The notes under the pieces were generated by a model. It had not been told where the DNA came from. It ran no database searches and was given only the letters and a program-made list of their open reading frames with translations. Made by a program: the position numbers and the translations under genes. From positions 1,865,509 through 1,929,508 of the forward strand of contig OY969586.1 of assembly GCA_963701305.1 (NCBI GenBank): a stretch of 64,000 nucleotides of DNA, in the 5' to 3' direction. Shown one piece after another: positions 29,369-39,074 of this stretch (positions are counted from its first letter, which is position 1; every line of letters begins with the position of its first letter). Origin of the DNA: Candidatus Aminicenantes bacterium (GTDB lineage Bacteria; Acidobacteriota; Aminicenantia; Aminicenantales; CAVYOD01).

Positions 29369-31903
29369 ATGCTGGAAGAGATCAGGGTCAAAAAAGCGGC
29401 CCAGCACAACCTCAAGCGGATAGACGTCGATCTGCCGCGAAACAAGCTGATTGTCATCACCGGCCCGAGCGGCTCTGGAAAGTCGTCTCTCGCCTTCGAC
29501 ACCCTCTACGCCGAGGGGCAGAGGCGGTATATCGAATGCCTTTCGGCCTACGCCCGCCAGTTCATCGAGCAGATGGAGAAGCCGGAGGTGGAATCCATCG
29601 AGGGTCTCTCCCCGTCGATCTCGATCGACCAGAAGACAATCTCCTCGAACCCGCGCTCAACGGTCGGAACGGTCACGGAGATCTACGACCTCGTCCGGCT
29701 GCTCTTCGCGCGAGCCGGCATTCCCCACTGTCCCCGCTGCGGCCGAAAGGTGAGCTACCAGACACGCGCTCAAGTCCTGGGCCGGATTCTACAGACTCTC
29801 GCGGGGGAAAAGATCAAACTGTGTGCTCCTGTGGTCAAGGGGCGAAGAGGCGAATACCAGCGTCTTTTTGATAAACTGAGAAAGAAAGGCTTTCTCCGGC
29901 TCCGGGTCGACGGGACATGGCGGGAGCTCGAGGAGAAAATCGTTCTAGAAAAAACCAAGAAACACGAGGTGGATGTTCTGGTCGACGAAGTCCGGGTTTC
30001 GTTGAAATCAGAAGCCAGGCTCAAGGAGGCTATTGAAAAAGCTTTGGAGGTCTCCAAGGATGAGCTCTTGGTTGTCCGGGAGAACGGCCGGGAGGCATAT
30101 TATTCTCTGAGGCTGCGCTGCCCCGAGTGCGAGCTCAATCTGCCCGAGCTCGAACCGAGGAATTTTTCTTTCAATAGCCCCTACGGCGCTTGCCCCGGAT
30201 GTCACGGGCTGGGCTACCAGACCTCCCTCAACGAGTGGGGCGAGGTCGAGGTCAGCGATGAAGTCTGTGCCACTTGCCAGGGGATGAGGCTGCGACCCGA
30301 GAGCCTCTCGGTAAAGATAGGCGGCAAAAATATCCATGAGCTGAGTTCTGTTCCGGTCAGCCGGCTCATGGAAGTGCTGACGGGCCTGGAATTTTCTGCG
30401 GCCCAGAAGGCCGTGGCGCCAAGGATCGTGAAAGAGATCTCCTGCCGCCTCCAGGTTATGGCCGAGCTCGGAATGCCTTACCTTCAGCTCAGCCGGACGA
30501 CCGGCTCGCTCTCCGGAGGTGAAGCCCAACGAGTCCGTCTCGCCGCGCAGATCGGAGCCAGGCTGAGGGGAGTGCTCTACGTGCTGGACGAGCCGACGAT
30601 CGGTCTTCATCAGAGAGACAACGGCCGGCTGATCTCGCTTCTGCGAGGAATCAGGGACGAAGGCAACTCGATCGTGGTTGTTGAACACGATGAGCAGACC
30701 ATCCGCTCCGCGGATTTTATTCTTGACCTCGGTCCTGGCGCGGGCGAAAAAGGCGGGTACAAAGTGGCCGAGGGAGACCTCGGTCAGATCCTCCGTTCCC
30801 CGAACTCTCTGACCTCACAATATCTGCGGCGGGAGAAGCGAATCCCCGTCCCCGCAAAGAGGAAGGAGCCGAACGGCTGGCTCACCATTCTGAAAGCCGC
30901 CGAGCACAATCTCAAAGAGATCAGTGTCCGGCTGCCTCTTTCGGTGATGACAACCGTCACCGGCGTCTCCGGGTCAGGAAAAAGCACGCTGGTTTATGAT
31001 ATCATTTACAAAAGTCTGATCAACAAACTTTACCGTGCGAAGCAGAAAATCGGCCGGCACGGGGGCATCCTCGGTGCCGAGCAGCTCGACAAAATCATCT
31101 CGGTTGACCAGCGGCCCATCGGGCGGACGCCGCGCTCGAATCCGGCGACCTATACGGGGCTCTTCACTCCCCTGCGGGAGCTATTTTCGCGCACTCAGGA
31201 AGCCCGCCTCCGCGGTTATGTGGCCGGTCGGTTCAGCTTCAACCTTTCGGGAGGACGGTGTGAGGAATGCCAGGGGGCCGGGGTCAAGAAAATCGAGATG
31301 CATTTTCTTCCCGACGTTTTTGTCACCTGTGACCGCTGCGGGGGGAAGCGTTACAACAAGGAGACACTTTCTGTTTATTACAAAGGGAGGAACATCTCCG
31401 ATTATCTGGAGATGACGGTGGACGAAGCTTACGAGTCTTTGAAGGCTCACCCCGTTCTGAAGCGCAAGCTGGCCGCGCTCAAAAAAGTCGGGCTGGCTTA
31501 TATCCGGCTGGGGCAGCCGGCTCCCACGCTTTCCGGGGGAGAGGCCCAGCGGATCAAACTGACCAAGGAACTCGGCCGGAAGAATACCGGCAGGACGCTT
31601 TATCTTCTCGACGAACCGACGACCGGGCTCCACTTTGACGATGTCAGCCACCTGCTCGAGCTCCTGACGGAACTGGTCCGGCTCGGCAACACGGTTGTGA
31701 CGATTGAGCACAACCTTGAAGTTATAAAGTATTCCGATTATATTATAGACCTGGGTCCCGAGGGGGGAGAAGAAGGCGGTTGGATCGTGGCCGAGGGGAC
31801 TCCCGAAGAGGTGGCCAGGGTCGAGAATTCCCACACCGCGCCCTTCTTGCGGCGAGCCCTGGCTGATGCCCAGGCAGGTGAAGAGAGAACAGATGGCTTT
31901 TAA
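29369..31903 (+). CDS. uvrA: Excinuclease ABC subunit A
   Basis: 844 aa. Two ABC modules ([10 protein letters not shown]… / [10 protein letters not shown]…), signature LSGGE twice, Zn-finger Cys pairs. About 100 aa shorter than E. coli UvrA; the insertion-domain segment after the first CxxC…GLG appears to be missing. Confidence 0.9.
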   Translation: MLEEIRVKKAAQHNLKRIDVDLPRNKLIVITGPSGSGKSSLAFDTLYAEGQRRYIECLSAYARQFIEQMEKPEVESIEGLSPSISIDQKTISSNPRSTVGTVTEIYDLVRLLFARAGIPHCPRCGRKVSYQTRAQVLGRILQTLAGEKIKLCAPVVKGRRGEYQRLFDKLRKKGFLRLRVDGTWRELEEKIVLEKTKKHEVDVLVDEVRVSLKSEARLKEAIEKALEVSKDELLVVRENGREAYYSLRLRCPECELNLPELEPRNFSFNSPYGACPGCHGLGYQTSLNEWGEVEVSDEVCATCQGMRLRPESLSVKIGGKNIHELSSVPVSRLMEVLTGLEFSAAQKAVAPRIVKEISCRLQVMAELGMPYLQLSRTTGSLSGGEAQRVRLAAQIGARLRGVLYVLDEPTIGLHQRDNGRLISLLRGIRDEGNSIVVVEHDEQTIRSADFILDLGPGAGEKGGYKVAEGDLGQILRSPNSLTSQYLRREKRIPVPAKRKEPNGWLTILKAAEHNLKEISVRLPLSVMTTVTGVSGSGKSTLVYDIIYKSLINKLYRAKQKIGRHGGILGAEQLDKIISVDQRPIGRTPRSNPATYTGLFTPLRELFSRTQEARLRGYVAGRFSFNLSGGRCEECQGAGVKKIEMHFLPDVFVTCDRCGGKRYNKETLSVYYKGRNISDYLEMTVDEAYESLKAHPVLKRKLAALKKVGLAYIRLGQPAPTLSGGEAQRIKLTKELGRKNTGRTLYLLDEPTTGLHFDDVSHLLELLTELVRLGNTVVTIEHNLEVIKYSDYIIDLGPEGGEEGGWIVAEGTPEEVARVENSHTAPFLRRALADAQAGEERTDGF

Positions 31904-32885
31904 AGGTATTCCCGGCAATGAGCGGATAAAGAAGACGCTGCGAATCGCCCTGGAGAGATCGCGCGTTCCCAATTCCCTGCTCTTCTGCGGCCCCGAGGGC
32001 GTCGGCAAAAAAACCATCTCGCTCGTCCTGGCCAAGGCCCTGAACTGCGAGCGCAAGAAAGACGACTCTTGTGATGAATGCACGAATTGCCTGGCCATCG
32101 ATAACCACAGGTTCCCCGACGTTATGGAGCTCACTGCCGAGAAGGAGGTTATCAAGATCAGTCAGATGAGGTTCCTGAAGCAGATGGCTTATCTGAGGCC
32201 GATGACCAAGGAGAAGAGAGTTTTTATCGTGGAGGAAGCGGACAAGATGAACGATGAGGCGGCCAACTCTCTCCTCAAGATCCTCGAAGAGCCGCCGCTT
32301 TTTACCCATATCATCCTTTTGACCAGCAACCCGTATCTGATCCTGCCCACGATCCGGTCGCGCTGCCGGATTCTGAATTTCCTCCCCGTCTCCAACCCGG
32401 AGATCGAGAGACTGCTCCTCGAGCGCGGCTTTCCCGAGGACAGAGCCAAGATCGTCTCTCTTGTGGCAAGAGGGAACCTGGATAAAGCCCTCTCCTTGGA
32501 ATGGGAGGAGGTTCAGAAAAGGAAGCGCGACACCTGGGGGCTTTTTCTGGCGCTCCTCCAAGGCCGGGGAGCGTCGGGCGTCCTGAGGAAGCTGAGCACA
32601 ACCCAGCGCTCCGTCGTCAGGGAGGAACTCGAGCAGCTCTTGGAGCTCCTGTCATCGTTCGGGCGGGATGTTGTCCTGCTCAAGGAGGGGGGTAAAACAC
32701 GCTACCTCCTCAATCCCGACTTTGAAAATGAGCTCAGAGAGGCGGAAAAGCTCCTCGGCTTGGAGGGAGCGCTGGAGGGGCTGGCCCAGATCGATTTCGC
32801 GACGGCCGGCCTGTCCAGGAACCTCAACACCGGCCTGTTGGTCAACTCACTTTTTTCAAAATTTGGAGAACAGAGAAATGTCTGA
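31893..32885 (+). CDS. holB: DNA polymerase III delta' subunit
   Basis: AAA+ Walker A-like GPEGVGKKT and zinc module (CDECTNC). Start taken at the internal Met (MAFKGIPG…) overlapping the uvrA stop. Confidence 0.85.
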   Translation: MAFKGIPGNERIKKTLRIALERSRVPNSLLFCGPEGVGKKTISLVLAKALNCERKKDDSCDECTNCLAIDNHRFPDVMELTAEKEVIKISQMRFLKQMAYLRPMTKEKRVFIVEEADKMNDEAANSLLKILEEPPLFTHIILLTSNPYLILPTIRSRCRILNFLPVSNPEIERLLLERGFPEDRAKIVSLVARGNLDKALSLEWEEVQKRKRDTWGLFLALLQGRGASGVLRKLSTTQRSVVREELEQLLELLSSFGRDVVLLKEGGKTRYLLNPDFENELREAEKLLGLEGALEGLAQIDFATAGLSRNLNTGLLVNSLFSKFGEQRNV

Positions 32886-33561
32886 TATCGTCTGCATGAT
32901 CTCGGAAAGCACGGGCCGGCTGGTGCGCGCCAAAACCGAAGGCTTGGCTGTCCAACGGGGAGACCTGTGCCTGGTCGAATCAGAGCTGGGGGGCGACTTG
33001 GCGACAGTCTTCGATCTTTCGAGCTGCCTCTGCACATCTCCCAAAGCGGTTAAGGATGCGGCCAGGTTGATCCGAAAGGCCACCGAAGAGGACAAGAGGA
33101 AGTTCGAGTGGCTGCGGGAAAAGGAGAAACGAGCTCTGGATTTTTGCCTGAGGAGGATCAGTGCCCGCGGTCTGCCGATGAAACTCGTCGCCGTCCGCTA
33201 TTTTTTCAGTGAGAAGAAGGGGATCTTCTACTACACGGCCGAAGGCCGAATTGATTTTCGTCAATTGGTCAAAGACTTGGCCAAGGAGTTCAGGATGAGG
33301 ATCGAGATGCGCCAGGTGGGCGTCCGGGACGAGGCCAAGATGATGGGCGGGCTGGGAGTGTGCGGAAGGCCGCTCTGCTGCTCCAGTTTTATGAGGAGCT
33401 TCGAGCCCGTCACCATCCAGAAGGCCCGGAGGCAGCAGATCGTCATCAACCCAACCAAGATATCCGGGCTCTGCGGACGCCTGATGTGCTGTCTGGCCTT
33501 TGAGGAAGAGAGCCGCGGCCGCATGTACACCGGGGAAGAAGACAGACTCATCGAAGACTGA
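32878..33561 (+). CDS. ricT: PSP1 domain protein (YaaT/RicT-like)
   Basis: PSP1 C-terminal domain (…GVCGRPLCCSSF…GLCGRLMCCLAFE). Conserved position after holB as in Bacillus. Start at the internal Met MSDIVCM overlapping the holB stop. Confidence 0.85.
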   Translation: MSDIVCMISESTGRLVRAKTEGLAVQRGDLCLVESELGGDLATVFDLSSCLCTSPKAVKDAARLIRKATEEDKRKFEWLREKEKRALDFCLRRISARGLPMKLVAVRYFFSEKKGIFYYTAEGRIDFRQLVKDLAKEFRMRIEMRQVGVRDEAKMMGGLGVCGRPLCCSSFMRSFEPVTIQKARRQQIVINPTKISGLCGRLMCCLAFEEESRGRMYTGEEDRLIED

Positions 33562-33662
33562 GAAAGCCGACCGGCTTATTTTTTGGGGGCCTTCCGGAAA
33601 ATCAAAGACAAAAAAAAGAAGTTGGCTTTTCTTCTCTCAAAAGAAAAGCCAACTCCCTCGGT

Positions 33663-34331
33663 TTATTCGACTCTGGAAATCTTGAACGGGACCTTGCTCG
33701 AGACGGCGATCAACGCGCCTTTGGGATTGAACGCTTTCACCTGCCAGGAATATCTCTCTCCCGCGACCATCCGGTTCTTTACCTCAGTCGGCAGGACGAT
33801 CCGGCTCTCTCTGGTCGAGCTCTTCCAGAGAAGTTGCAGGTTAGATAAGTAGAACTGGTATTCGATATCGTCGCCCAGGCTCTTCCATTCAAAAGCAGCC
33901 GGCACCGTGCCGACGTCCGACAGCGGCGAGATGAGCTGGATCGAACTTCCTCGGACCGTTTCGCCTTCACTGAGATAAAACTGGGGTGTGCCGTGTTTGA
34001 GGCTCGGGAGGACTCCGAAAACAGCGATCAAGACGACGGCCGCTGAGACCGCGGCCACGGCCCACCGTTGAGGAGTCAAAAAGGAAAGAACATTCTGGTA
34101 CCAGGCGGGCGCCCGGTCCTTCTCCATCGCAGGCTCCTGGGCGAAGAACTCGGCCCGTTTGGACTTGATGGCCCTTATCATTTCGTCTCGTTCGCGGGTC
34201 AACTCAAAACAGGCCAGGCAGTTGAAATAGTGCTCTTCAAATTTCTCTTTTTCGGCAGCCGGGAGTCTGTTCAGAAGGTAATCATCGATCTGATTTTCAT
34301 ACAAGCATTTCTTCATCGGACTCACCTTCAT
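33663..34331 (-). CDS. Anti-sigma factor (zf-HC2 type), membrane-spanning
   Basis: N-terminal HxxxCxxC zinc motif (EEHYFNCLACFE), a single TM, periplasmic C-terminal domain. Immediately downstream of the ECF sigma gene. Confidence 0.7.
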   Translation of the reverse strand: MKVSPMKKCLYENQIDDYLLNRLPAAEKEKFEEHYFNCLACFELTRERDEMIRAIKSKRAEFFAQEPAMEKDRAPAWYQNVLSFLTPQRWAVAAVSAAVVLIAVFGVLPSLKHGTPQFYLSEGETVRGSSIQLISPLSDVGTVPAAFEWKSLGDDIEYQFYLSNLQLLWKSSTRESRIVLPTEVKNRMVAGERYSWQVKAFNPKGALIAVSSKVPFKISRVE

Positions 34332-34391
34332 TCTTTTAAGCTGATTTCAACGATTTAGTCGAATTCAGGGCCGAAAAACTGAAAGAATCAC

Positions 34392-34928
34392 TCATTTTTT
34401 CATGATCTTCCGGAGCAGCTTCTGGGCGTAGTTGACTCGCTCACTCACTCTTCGAGGCGAAATTCCTAGGCGCTTGGCCACTTCCTCCCTGGAGAGTTCC
34501 TTATAATAATAGAGATAGATGACCTCCTTGAACTTGGGTTTTAACTTGTCCAGAGCCCCGGAGATCCATTCCGCCCGCTCTTTGCTCTCGACGTCCTCCT
34601 GGGGGTCGGGAAAAGGATTGCTCTCGGGGATGTGTCTCAGGACCTTGCTCTTCTCCCGGATATGATCCACAATCCTCCTGCTGGTAATGGTATAGATGAA
34701 GGTTCCGATCGAGGAATCCCCCCGGAACTCGCCCTTGCGTAGCTTTTCGATGGTCTGGGTCATGATCTCGGCGACGACATCTTCCCAGTCCGGGCTGTAG
34801 CTGCCCAGGGTGCGTCTGACTCTGAAGCTGACCACCGGTCTGTATTTGGTGATGATCTCTTCTAGATTGAACTCCCTTTTTTCTGCGCTCACGGCTGCTA
34901 TTATATCGATTGGTCCCTGGGTTGACAA
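34392..34928 (-). CDS. ECF-type RNA polymerase sigma factor
   Basis: 178 aa. Sigma-70 region 2 and region 4 HTH (…LSREEVAKRLGISPRRVSERV…). Confidence 0.88.
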   Translation of the reverse strand: MSTQGPIDIIAAVSAEKREFNLEEIITKYRPVVSFRVRRTLGSYSPDWEDVVAEIMTQTIEKLRKGEFRGDSSIGTFIYTITSRRIVDHIREKSKVLRHIPESNPFPDPQEDVESKERAEWISGALDKLKPKFKEVIYLYYYKELSREEVAKRLGISPRRVSERVNYAQKLLRKIMKK

Positions 34929-34983
34929 GCAAAGGGCCTGTCAATTTTTGGTCCCGGGGCGCGACTAATCTTGTGCATTTGAA

Positions 34984-35175
34984 GTGAGGACAACCATGGG
35001 AGATCATCCGGAGGGGCGAAAAGGACCCGGTTATTTCGTTCTCAAAACAGAGCGAGATTTCTATAACCACATCGAGAACAGGCTGAAACAAGAAGGTTTT
35101 GAGGTCCTGGACCTCTTCGCTCCCAGTCAGCCGGAACGCCGCTCCGCCACCGGAGTCGGTCAGGAAGGAGCGTAG
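34984..35175 (+). CDS. Small hypothetical protein (63 aa)
   Basis: Only ORF in the 366-bp divergent region between the ECF sigma gene and the HD-GYP gene. Non-repetitive composition (…GYFVLKTERDFYNHIENRLKQEGFEVLDLF…). Coding status unproven. Confidence 0.3.
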   Translation: MRTTMGDHPEGRKGPGYFVLKTERDFYNHIENRLKQEGFEVLDLFAPSQPERRSATGVGQEGA

Positions 35176-35294
35176 GCCCGGCGCAGAAGGTTGGCCGTTC
35201 TTTGCGGAGGAGACAAAGGATTCAATTTTATTTTGTCTTTTCCGACTAAAGTTTTGGAACCGCGCTTCAGGATGGAAGTAAGAGCAAGCCAAGG

Positions 35295-36350
35295 ATGAAA
35301 GGATCGATGAAGACAAGAGTTGAGACCGGACGCCAAAAGCGGTTCGTCCTCGAGGATGAAAAGGGACTGAAAAGCGTCTTCTATCAGACCATGACCCCCA
35401 GGGAGCTTGAATACTTCCAGACCTTTAGCAAATTGGAAGCCATGAATCCTCAGAAAACCCGGACATTCTCAAGCTTCAGCCTGACGCAGGGCCTGAACGC
35501 ACTTCTCATTCTGGACCGCGGCGGAGACAGAAACGGCCGGACCTTATCCCCGATGCCGCTCCCCGAATCTCCGGAAAAAGAGCAGGAGCTCGAGAAACAT
35601 TTCAGTTGGGATAACCAGCTCGAGAAGCTCGTTAAGATCATCTCGGCCCGTCGGATTCTTAAAGAACTGGACCAGTACTATGAGCGTGTCTTCAAGGAGC
35701 ACGTATCCGAGATGGGAAAGAACGTCAGCGAAGCCCAGGTATTCTTCAACTCCAACCTTCTCTATTTCATCGCCGCCACCGACGACAACGAGGATTCTCT
35801 GGGTCATTCCCAGTACGTGGCGAGCTATGCGCTGCTTCTGGCCAGGGCCCTCGGGATCGATGATAAGAAATTCCTGAGTGACCTGGAGAGGGGCGCTCTG
35901 CTCCACGACATCGGCAAAATCGGAGTCCCCGAGTCCATCCTGAAAAAGGCAGGCCCCCTGACAACGATCGAGAGAGAGATCGTCAAGGACCATCCTCTCC
36001 TCGGCCACGAGATGATCGCCGAATTCGATTCCCTCAAGGAGGCCGCCCGGGTCGTGCTCTACCACCATGAATCCTACGATGGCAGGGGCTATCCTTACGG
36101 CTTGGCCGGTGAACAGATCCCGCTGGAAGCCCGGATCTTCGCCCTGGCGGACACACTCGACGCCATCACTTCCGACCGGCCCTACCGCAGAGGGAGAGGC
36201 TTTGATGAAGCCATCCGGGAGATCGAGAAGTGCGGCGGCCGTCAATTCGATCCGCTGGTCGTCGACGTCTTCCTCTCCATTCCCAAAGATAAATGGCAGC
36301 GCTCCAGGCTCGAGACCAAGAGCTCTCTTCGCCTGCCATCAATCCATTAA
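35295..36350 (+). CDS. HD-GYP domain c-di-GMP phosphodiesterase
   Basis: HD motif (ALLHDIGKIG), HHE..DG..YPYGL GYP-motif region. Confidence 0.85.
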   Translation: MKGSMKTRVETGRQKRFVLEDEKGLKSVFYQTMTPRELEYFQTFSKLEAMNPQKTRTFSSFSLTQGLNALLILDRGGDRNGRTLSPMPLPESPEKEQELEKHFSWDNQLEKLVKIISARRILKELDQYYERVFKEHVSEMGKNVSEAQVFFNSNLLYFIAATDDNEDSLGHSQYVASYALLLARALGIDDKKFLSDLERGALLHDIGKIGVPESILKKAGPLTTIEREIVKDHPLLGHEMIAEFDSLKEAARVVLYHHESYDGRGYPYGLAGEQIPLEARIFALADTLDAITSDRPYRRGRGFDEAIREIEKCGGRQFDPLVVDVFLSIPKDKWQRSRLETKSSLRLPSIH

Positions 36351-36395
36351 AACCGTCCCCCGTCCTCCGTGCCCCGTCAATCTCACCAAGAAGAC

Positions 36396-36718
36396 GGTGA
36401 GCAGTGAGCTGTGAGCACTGAGCAGCTAAAAAACGATGATCCAGAACAGCTGAACACGCCGTGCATCCTTCCGAAGTAACGTCCGGGCGGGAATTAAAGA
36501 TAGTCAAGAACATAAATCAAGAACCCCGAGATCATACTTGGTGCTCTGTCTGATTCCCTCAAAATAAGAGACGGACGCACATCCAAGCCCAGGTCCGCGC
36601 CCCTGATTGCCGGCTGTGGGAAAAGAGCCGTCGGGAGTGAGTCTTAATCGCGGTGTCAAGCATAAGATAGCCTTTTATGCTTTTCACTGCTCAGTGCTCA
36701 CAGCTCGCCGCTCACTGG
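36396..36718. repeat. MITE-like element bounded by inverted GTGAGCR heptad arms (copy E)
   Basis: Left arm 36396-36426 ggtgagcagtgagctgtgagcactgagcagc. Right arm 36685-36718 cactgctcagtgctcacagctcgccgctcactgg. Reverse complements share a perfect 20-mer gagctgtgagcactgagcag. They enclose 258 bp of non-coding sequence between convergent HD-GYP and ftsK. Confidence 0.75.
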
Positions 36719-36731
36719 AGGTCTTGACGAA

Positions 36732-39050
36732 TTATTGTTGTTCTTTTTGTTTGAGGTAGGAGATGGGGTCGACAAGGATGTCCCGCGGTTTGCTGCCTTC
36801 GCCGGGTCCCAGGATCCCTTCTTGTTCCATCTGGTCGATGATTCTCGCGGCCCGGGCATAGCCCAGCTTCAGCTTTCTCTGGAGGTAGGAGACCGATGCC
36901 TGACCGGTATTGAGGATAAGCTCCACTGCTTTTTCGTAGAGCTCATCCTTCTCCCCATCTTCGTCCCAGACCTGGTCCGACGCGCCTTTGACCACATTGA
37001 CGATCTTCTCATCGTATTTCGGCGTCCTCTGTTCGCGGACGAATTTGACCAGGCGTCTGACCTCCGGGATGGAGATGTAAGCGCAGTGCAACCGGATGAT
37101 TCTGGGGTAGTTGGGAGGCATGAACAGCATGTCACCCAGGCCCAGGAGCTTATCGGCCCCGATCGTGTCGATGATGATTCTGGAATCGACTTTGGAGGGC
37201 ACGCGGAAGGCGATCCGGCTTGAGAAATTGTTCTTGATCGTCCCGGTGATGACATCGATCGACGGACGCTGGGTCGCCATCACCAGGTGAATGCCAACGG
37301 CCCGGGCGAGCTGGGCCAACCGAGCGATGCAATTCTCCACATCCTGGGCTCCGACCATCATTAGCTCGGCCAACTCATCAATGATGATGATGATGTAAGG
37401 GAGCGGCTTGAATTTTTCTTTCTCCTCATCGGAGAGCTTCCCCTTCTTTTCGGTCAGGATCTGCTTGACCTGCTGGTTGTACTGCTCGATGTTGCGGACC
37501 TTCATCAGGTTCAGTGTCTGGTACCTCTCTTCCATTTTCTTGATGGCGTAATAGAGCACGGGGGCGGCCTTCTTGGGATCGTTGATCACCGGGCTGAGGA
37601 GGTGGGGGATGCCTTCGTAAAGGGTGAATTCCAGCCTCTTGGGGTCGATAAGGATCAGCTTTACTTCGTCCGGGGTGGATTTGTAAAGAATGGAGGCAAT
37701 GAGGGCGTTGAGGGCGACACTTTTTCCCGTCCCCGTCGCCCCGGCGATGAGCAGGTGGGGCATGACCGACAGATCGGTCACGTAGACCTCTCCGTGGACG
37801 GTTTTCCCCAGGGCGAAGCTCAACCTGGAGGGAGCGTTCATGAATTTTTCCGATTGGATGATATCCCTGAGGTTGATGACCTCTCGCCGATTATTGGGGA
37901 TCTCCACCCCTAGTGAGGATTTGCCGGGGATTCTCTGAATTCTGACTGATTCCGCACCCAGGGCGAGAGACAGGTCCTCGGCGAGGTTGGCGACCTGAGC
38001 GATTTTTATCCCCGGATCGGGACAAAATTCGTAGGTCGTGATGACCGGGCCGGGATGGTACTCCCTGACCTCTCCCTGGACCTTGAACTCACGGAGCTTC
38101 TCCTCGATCCGCTGCTTTTTTTCATAGAGTTCACTTTTATCGACTTTTTCTGACGGTTTGCCGGGGTCGAGCAAATTGAAGGGCGGAAAATGATAATCTC
38201 CCGTCAGTTCCATCTCCGGGAAGAGAAACTTCTCGGGCGGCCGCGGGGGTTCCGCGACAGGAGGAGCGGTCCCCAGTCTGAGCCCCCTCTTGGGTTCCTT
38301 GGCTTTTTTTTGCTTCTCTTCTTTTTTCGCCTCTTTCTTGTCTTCTTTTTCTTTGTCTTTCTCCGGAGCCGGCGACGAGTACTTCTTGACGACCTTATCC
38401 CTCATCTTCTCTTTGTTCTTGGATTTCTGGTAATGGATCACGCGGATCCTGACTTCCTTGAAGGCGAACTGAGAAACGCGGGCCAAGGAATGAAGGACCT
38501 TGCTCAAGGAGAATTCCGTGGAGAACATGATGAAAAGGATGAGCCCGGCGATGAGAAAGATCAGCGTCCCAACGTGGTTAAAATAGCGAATCAGGAGAGA
38601 AGAGAGGGAGCTTCCGATAATGCCGCCGGCCGGGATTTCGGTCCCGCCCCAGGTGTAGCTCTGGAACAGAATAAAGGATAGGGAACTCAGGATAAAAACA
38701 AAGAGGACTGTCCCGCCGAATCGCAGCAGGAGTCGGGCGGTCTTCTGGGACAGGATCGACCTGAGCCCAAGATAGCCCAGGAGGAAGGGGAAAACAAATG
38801 CGGAAAGGCCGAGGAATTGAAGAAAAACCTCGGCCAGCGAGGCACCGACCTTTCCTCCGAAGTTGTGGACTTTAGCCCGGGAGGAAGTGACGCTGGCCCA
38901 GGATGGGTCCTTGGAGTCGTAACTGACCAGGCTGATCAGAAGGAAAAGCGATAGAAAGACGACAAGGATGCCGACGATCTCCGAGGAAAAAGTGCGCTTT
39001 TTCGCCGAGCGTTTTTCCGGCGCCGCCTTCTTGCTTTTTTTGATCGTCAT
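36732..39050 (-). CDS. ftsK: DNA translocase FtsK/SpoIIIE
   Basis: 772 aa. N-terminal TM segments, Lys/Glu/Pro-rich linker, motor domain with Walker A (GATGTGKS) and a C-terminal gamma winged helix. Confidence 0.92.
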   Translation of the reverse strand: MTIKKSKKAAPEKRSAKKRTFSSEIVGILVVFLSLFLLISLVSYDSKDPSWASVTSSRAKVHNFGGKVGASLAEVFLQFLGLSAFVFPFLLGYLGLRSILSQKTARLLLRFGGTVLFVFILSSLSFILFQSYTWGGTEIPAGGIIGSSLSSLLIRYFNHVGTLIFLIAGLILFIMFSTEFSLSKVLHSLARVSQFAFKEVRIRVIHYQKSKNKEKMRDKVVKKYSSPAPEKDKEKEDKKEAKKEEKQKKAKEPKRGLRLGTAPPVAEPPRPPEKFLFPEMELTGDYHFPPFNLLDPGKPSEKVDKSELYEKKQRIEEKLREFKVQGEVREYHPGPVITTYEFCPDPGIKIAQVANLAEDLSLALGAESVRIQRIPGKSSLGVEIPNNRREVINLRDIIQSEKFMNAPSRLSFALGKTVHGEVYVTDLSVMPHLLIAGATGTGKSVALNALIASILYKSTPDEVKLILIDPKRLEFTLYEGIPHLLSPVINDPKKAAPVLYYAIKKMEERYQTLNLMKVRNIEQYNQQVKQILTEKKGKLSDEEKEKFKPLPYIIIIIDELAELMMVGAQDVENCIARLAQLARAVGIHLVMATQRPSIDVITGTIKNNFSSRIAFRVPSKVDSRIIIDTIGADKLLGLGDMLFMPPNYPRIIRLHCAYISIPEVRRLVKFVREQRTPKYDEKIVNVVKGASDQVWDEDGEKDELYEKAVELILNTGQASVSYLQRKLKLGYARAARIIDQMEQEGILGPGEGSKPRDILVDPISYLKQKEQQ

Positions 39051-39074
39051 CGGGGGAGATTATAACATATTTTA

